Assembly: GCA_018304505.1 (NCBI GenBank)
Contig: JAGVWA010000011.1
Location: 1 to 21,158, forward strand
DNA: 21,158 nt
Reading direction: 5' to 3'
Origin: Nanobdellati archaeon
Lineage (GTDB): Archaea > B1Sed10-29 > JAGVWA01
The notes under the pieces are model-generated. The model had not been told where the DNA came from and did not search any database. It saw only the letters and a list, made by a program, of their open reading frames with translations. Positions 17,136-21,158 of this stretch are shown here, piece after piece. The first letter of the stretch is position 1, and every line of letters begins with the position of its first letter. The position numbers and the translations under genes are program-made.

Positions 17136-18248
17136 TTACTTGTTTGCGAGCACAAACCTGATTTTTTCCTCTAGGTCAAAGACCTGCCCGTTGTCACGCG
17201 AGATTTTTTTCACCACGGGTTCTGTTAGACCCTTCTTGCTCATGATGTGCACGTCGCTCACGAGCGCAAGCCGAGAGAGCTGCTTTGCGATGCTGCCCTT
17301 TGTTTTTCCGGTTTGCTCGGCTATCTGCTCGTACGTCATGGGCTTGTTTGAGTCGCTAAGACACGTGACTATGCTCCACTGCAGCGGCGACAACCTCGAC
17401 TCGAGTTCGTTTATTTCCAGCGACCGGGTGTTTTCTGCGATTTTCTCGTTTGATTCCTTCACAATGCGCACCAGGGTAGAGGTGGGTGATAGCTCCACGG
17501 GCACGCGCTTGTCAAGTTCCGCCAAGGCGTGACTATGCTTGCCAATGATTGAGGCAATGGTGTTGCTGTTGATGCTGTGCTCCTTGTTGTGCGTCTCGTG
17601 CAGTTCGCGGCAGATCTTCTCCGCATTTTTGAGCACGTTCCTGGCGTTCAGGTCGCTCCTGACCGCGAGCTCGTGTAAGGCTTGGCTCGTGAACGGGTTA
17701 ACGCCACCGTCCATGCGCTTTTTAATCAGCTCAATCAAGTCATCTGAGCTGAACTTTGGCAACTCGATGGTGTCTGAAATGCGGTGTTTCATTGAATCAA
17801 CAATGTTTGCGTAGTCAATGGTTGAGAACACCACGGCCTTAAGCACACCAGAGTCGAAGAAAGCCTTGATTTCCTCGGTCTTGTCTTCATCAAGCTTCTG
17901 GATCTCGTCGCAAAGTAGCACGACCTTGTCTTTGCTTGAGTACGCCCCGCCGTCAAGCAGGCCGAGCAGGCGCCGGGGTTTAGTCATGAGCTTAGTCATG
18001 GAAAACTCGCTTGCTGGGGCCTGACTACAGTCATGATAGACCATGTTAAAGTCAGTCCCAAGTTCACCGGCAAGCAGCTTCAGCATCGTTGTCTTGCCAT
18101 TTCCTGCGTAGCCAACAACAGCGGTGATGTTTCCGCTGTGGATGCTTTCCTTAATTTTTTTAAGTTCACTCACCCTACCCACAAACTTTTCTGGGTGGGG
18201 CCTAATGTCGAAGGGGTTTTCCTTGAAACCATACGATTCAAACCACAT
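17136..18248 (-). CDS. AAA+ ATPase (ExeA/Cdc6-like fold) with C-terminal winged HTH
   Basis: W..YGFKENPF N-terminus, FVGRVSEL, Walker A GYAGNGKTT, Walker B LLCDEIQ, lid SDLNARNVL, C-terminal LSPLQWSIV...MTYEQIAEQTGKTKGSIAKQLSRL. Confidence 0.9.
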   Translation of the reverse strand: MWFESYGFKENPFDIRPHPEKFVGRVSELKKIKESIHSGNITAVVGYAGNGKTTMLKLLAGELGTDFNMVYHDCSQAPASEFSMTKLMTKPRRLLGLLDGGAYSSKDKVVLLCDEIQKLDEDKTEEIKAFFDSGVLKAVVFSTIDYANIVDSMKHRISDTIELPKFSSDDLIELIKKRMDGGVNPFTSQALHELAVRSDLNARNVLKNAEKICRELHETHNKEHSINSNTIASIIGKHSHALAELDKRVPVELSPTSTLVRIVKESNEKIAENTRSLEINELESRLSPLQWSIVTCLSDSNKPMTYEQIAEQTGKTKGSIAKQLSRLALVSDVHIMSKKGLTEPVVKKISRDNGQVFDLEEKIRFVLANK

Positions 18249-18259
18249 ATCAATTCTCC

Positions 18260-18437
18260 GTAGTCATTTTTGATAGCCCGCAGGCGTAGTCATTAGTCAC
18301 GGACTTAGTCACCGATAGGTTTATATAGTAGTCATGACTAGTCACCATGACTACAATTTGACTAAGACACACGTTCTATGACTAAGATGCGTGACTCTGA
18401 CTAACAAGCGTTAGTCAAGAAATGAATACGTAGTCAG
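18260..18437. repeat. Dense array of TAGTCA/TGACTA hexamers in a divergent intergenic region
   Basis: 13 perfect copies: TAGTCA at 18261, 18287, 18294, 18306, 18329, 18339, 18412, 18431; TGACTA at 18335, 18348, 18359, 18379, 18398. Confidence 0.95.
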
Positions 18438-18466
18438 GGTATATAAAGGTATTGGGGCTGTTGGGC

Positions 18467-18598
18467 ATGATAACTCTCACTGAGTTTGTGAAGGCGCTCG
18501 AAAAGAGCAGATTTGGATATAAGATCGAGAACAGGGGCTTTGTAAATATAACTGTAGACACGTCGAGGCTCCTCCTACACCCAGTCAAGGCATGCTGA
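18467..18598 (+). CDS. Small hypothetical protein (43 aa), absent from the ORF track
   Basis: MITLTEFVKALEKSRFGYKIENRGFVNITVDTSRLLLHPVKAC*. TATA GTATATAAAG at ~18439-18448. Confidence 0.55.
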   Translation: MITLTEFVKALEKSRFGYKIENRGFVNITVDTSRLLLHPVKAC

Positions 18599-18689
18599 GG
18601 GGCTGAACTCTCACTTTGGGATCAACCCTCATTTTTCTAGCTTCAGCGCTTGAATACCGGAAGTGACCCCCTGGTTTTCGGTCTTTTTT

Positions 18690-18836
18690 CTACTTTTTGC
18701 CTTCGTATACGGTGCGAACGCTCACGTTTCCCTTTTTGTTCACACGCTGCGAGCTGTACCTGTAAGGCCCGTGAAGCTGGCCGCGGGCGCACCTACAATT
18801 GGGCTTCCCACACCGCACATACCTTGAATACACCAT
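18690..18836 (-). CDS. Small basic Cys/His (zinc-binding) protein, DUF6788-like
   Basis: MVYSRYVRCGKPNCRCARGQLHGPYRYSSQRVNKKGNVSVRTVYEGKK, with the CGK..C.C....HGPY motif. ATG 18836 with TATA-like TTAAATA ~25 bp upstream. Confidence 0.75.
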   Translation of the reverse strand: MVYSRYVRCGKPNCRCARGQLHGPYRYSSQRVNKKGNVSVRTVYEGKK

Positions 18837-18869
18837 GTTGTAGTGTAAGAATAGGGGGTATTTAAGACT

Positions 18870-19230
18870 TGTGCTCAAACCCTCACATTGTGCCCGGCAA
18901 ACTGAGCACGAACCGCACGCCCCTGGGCGCGAGCATAAAACCCACCCGCGAGCATGGGGGCTCGGTACCCCCGCACGAACCCCCACAACCCCTCTGTAGT
19001 GTAAGATCTGCTGCGTGTAGTGTAAGATCCAATGTTTGGGGCCCTGAGCACAGAATCCTCACTTTGGGCACAACACACCTGAGCACACGTGCTTGGGCAT
19101 CACCGCATGCGCCCACGCCCAAGGCGCCCACAAGCCAAACCACAGCACAAACACACACATTACGCCCCCCACCCACTCAGCATACCACCCAAGCCACGCC
19201 AGCAGCCGCATAGCACCCGTATTCGCAGAA
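18870..19230. repeat. C/A-biased low-complexity non-coding tract
   Basis: C- and A-rich plus strand (e.g. CACAGCACAAACACACAC, CCCCCCACCCAC). Overlapping ORFs look spurious. Confidence 0.65.
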
Positions 19231-19249
19231 CCCTCACCTTTAGCGTGCC

Positions 19250-19395
19250 ACTTATATATGATATATCTTAATGGTTTTTGTTTATAAATTAAATTGATTA
19301 TAGCGTAAAGTATAAAAAATAAAATATGTTTTAAAACCTATAAATTAAATCGTAACGGCAAACATTTATATACTTCGTCTTATTATATTTTGTTT
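19250..19395. other. AT-rich intergenic tract containing TATA elements
   Basis: ~145 bp strongly AT-rich. TTTATATA at ~19365-19372 precedes the wHTH gene. Confidence 0.7.
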
Positions 19396-19406
19396 AGGTG
19401 AGACTC

Positions 19407-19739
19407 ATGATAAGTGCCCTTTTCTTTAAGCAAAAACCGGTGCGCGCCCTTGCCTCCCTGGCGCAAAAAGACAGGGTTTGGTATGCAAGCATGCTGTGCA
19501 AGGAAATCGATTGCACGTACCCCCATTTGACAAACCTCCTGAAGGAGTTTGAGCGTCAAAATTTGATTACGACCACCGGGCAAGGCAGAATTAAGATCAT
19601 CGAACTCACAGACACGGGCGACGACCTCGCGCACGACCTCGAAAACCTGCTGCGGCGCATGGACAAAATCGAAAAAAGCGGAGGAAGCAAGGCGCAGGAG
19701 CAAGAGGCTGAAGCGGGAGAGAAAAAGCCCGGAAAGTAA
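19407..19739 (+). CDS. MarR-like winged-HTH protein
   Basis: LFFKQKP...YASMLCKEIDCTYPHLTNLLKEFERQNLI...GRIKIIELTDTG. AGGTGA SD before ATG 19407. Confidence 0.88.
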   Translation: MISALFFKQKPVRALASLAQKDRVWYASMLCKEIDCTYPHLTNLLKEFERQNLITTTGQGRIKIIELTDTGDDLAHDLENLLRRMDKIEKSGGSKAQEQEAEAGEKKPGK

Positions 19740-19790
19740 ACTTTGGGAAAAACCCAAAAAGTTTGGGAAAACAGAATTTGGGGAAATAGC

Positions 19791-20375
19791 ATGGTGGCAG
19801 CAGAAATAAGGCACGTGGGAATCGAGGATTTTGAGACCCTGAAGATGATCTACGACAAGACAAACCCGAAGGGCGGCAAAAAGTTCGGCAGTTACCCGAT
19901 GATGGACTGGATCAAGTACCCGCGGCAGAACCAGATGCTGCTCGCATTTGTCGATGAAAAGCCAGCGGGTTTCATTATCGCGCAGCCCCGTGGAAGAAAG
20001 ACCAAGATAGTGTTCTTAAGAATTCTTAAGGCATTTGAGAAAAAGGGCACGCGGAAGCAGTTGCTTGATGCGATCACCAGCACGCTGGACGCAGGGCGCA
20101 CGGTGGAAATGGTTGTGCCGCGCTCATCAGCTGCATTGACTGGTTTTTTCAGGCGCCACGGTTTTGAGCAAACGGAAACTTATCCTGGCTTGTTTGGCAG
20201 CGGCAAAACAGGCGTGCTGTTCAGCAAAACAATTGAACTTCCAGTGTACGGCCGAACCAGGGCGCTGAAGGAAGCCGGGGAACGAGAGAAGCCGCAGGGC
20301 CTTTCGGGAACACGGGGTTTGCGCACTTCGATTTTAGAGCGCAATTTGCGGAAGCTGGACGAGATTTTAGATTGA
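19791..20375 (+). CDS. GNAT-family N-acetyltransferase
   Basis: LLAFVDEKPAGFI, FEKKGTRKQLL (degenerate motif A), FFRRHGFEQ. Confidence 0.8.
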   Translation: MVAAEIRHVGIEDFETLKMIYDKTNPKGGKKFGSYPMMDWIKYPRQNQMLLAFVDEKPAGFIIAQPRGRKTKIVFLRILKAFEKKGTRKQLLDAITSTLDAGRTVEMVVPRSSAALTGFFRRHGFEQTETYPGLFGSGKTGVLFSKTIELPVYGRTRALKEAGEREKPQGLSGTRGLRTSILERNLRKLDEILD

Positions 20376-20388
20376 TGATCTTTTGGGG

Positions 20389-20785
20389 TTAGAATGATCG
20401 TGGCACAGGTTGTTGAGCGCCACGCAGTAGGCCTTCCAGCGCCGCGATTTCTGTTTCCAGGACAGCTATAGTGCTGTCGACCTTTACACCAGGCTGGTCG
20501 ATCATTGCCTCAACGGCAAGTTTTCTGGCTGCGCATTCTGCTTCAGCTCTTGTCAGGGTGCCCCACAATTAAATTTCCCCTCTCAGTTGTGCGCCCGTCC
20601 GCGTCGCACAGCAACGCAAAATGGCCTTCGATGCCAACGATTTCCGCTTCAAATTCCTTGCGCAACGTTCGCGCGCCAGGATCATCGCCGTAAGTACTCA
20701 GTTCGTCAACAGCGTTCACCAGCGCCGCTCGCCGTTTAGCAAGCGCTCCGTCGCTTTTGTATTCTAGAATTGGTTCGTTCCACAT
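20389..20785 (-). pseudogene. MW(D/N) family copy D, apparently frameshifted
   Basis: ORF 20543..20785 begins MWNE. Removing one G from the GGGG run near 20561-20564 (plus-strand CCCC) continues as GTLTRAEAECAARKLAVEAMID...PRSF* to 20389, which resembles the C-halves of copies A and B. Confidence 0.6.
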
Positions 20786-20840
20786 AACTAATCACTTAGA
20801 TAATCACGTAGAATAATTTGGCTGTTCCGCTTTATAAGCT

Positions 20841-20877
20841 TTTTGCAGAATTAGATGTTGTTTTGCAGAATTAGATG
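20841..20877. repeat. 17-bp direct repeat (20-bp period) duplicating a stop-codon region
   Basis: TTTTGCAGAATTAGATG at 20841 and 20861. Confidence 0.9.
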
Positions 20878-21086
20878 GTCATAGGTATATTTTTTAGGGT
20901 TTGGTAGTAGCGTGGGTCTTCGTCTTCCAACGGCTCTAGCACGTTCAGCATTTCCTTGACAAATTCTGATGGATCTTCTGCTAGCAAGCGTGCAGCCTCT
21001 TCAGCAGTCAGGTAACCAAGGCGATTAGGGTTAATTTTTATAGGTGCTGTTCCGAAGAATCCTGTTCCTGTTCCGCCGTCCCACAT
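20871..21086 (-). CDS. Small acidic hypothetical protein, MW(D/N) family copy E
   Basis: 71 aa beginning MWDG. GGAGA SD and TATA (TATTTATA, ~21122-21129) upstream. Confidence 0.75.
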   Translation of the reverse strand: MWDGGTGTGFFGTAPIKINPNRLGYLTAEEAARLLAEDPSEFVKEMLNVLEPLEDEDPRYYQTLKNIPMTI

Positions 21087-21158
21087 TAGTTGTCATCTCC
21101 GGTATAATTATACATCGTATCTATAAATAGCTTTTGGTAGACTGCTAGAAGTTGACCC

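Noticed and set aside
17136-18248. Calling the ATPase cdc6/orc1
   Set aside because: The architecture is similar, but the N-terminus and motifs are not those of canonical Cdc6 and no full ORB is visible nearby.
18837-19287. ORFs over the C/A tract and the N-terminal extension of 18690..18986
   Set aside because: Compositionally biased with no motifs. ATG 18836 with an upstream TATA is the better start.
20570-20582. Programmed -1 frameshift at G GGA AAT in MW copy D
   Set aside because: The -1 frame hits TGA within a few codons. The homologous continuation needs a +1 shift.

Overview
Archaeal chromosomal window, probably from a DPANN-like lineage. That is an inference from the archaeal initiator tRNA-Met, TATA-box promoters ~25 bp upstream of short-leader or leaderless starts, a class III signal-peptide pilin and a geranylgeranyl reductase. 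Left half: a 5'-truncated KaiC/RAD55-type ATPase, an 897-aa coiled-coil protein, a COG1361-like surface protein + MacB-like ABC permease + ATPase operon, a divergent Ig-like surface protein, tRNA-iMet, a low-GC RelE-type toxin-antitoxin module with a frameshifted toxin, a pilin-like gene and a SAM methyltransferase. Right half: a family of small, individually promoted genes that all begin M-W-(D/N) (five copies in two clusters, one frameshifted), a geranylgeranyl reductase and a wHTH-Fic protein. At ~15.3-19.8 kb, where gene orientation diverges, there is an unusual mirror-like locus: wHTH gene | AT-rich tract | G/T tract | PRC-barrel gene | AAA+ ATPase-wHTH gene | dense TAGTCA/TGACTA array (13 copies in 176 bp) | two tiny ORFs | C/A tract | AT-rich tract | wHTH gene. 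The two best candidates for an undescribed system are this locus (possible non-canonical origin, centromere or cell-cycle module) and the MW(D/N) protein family. All product calls come from motif recognition by eye; no database searches were run.
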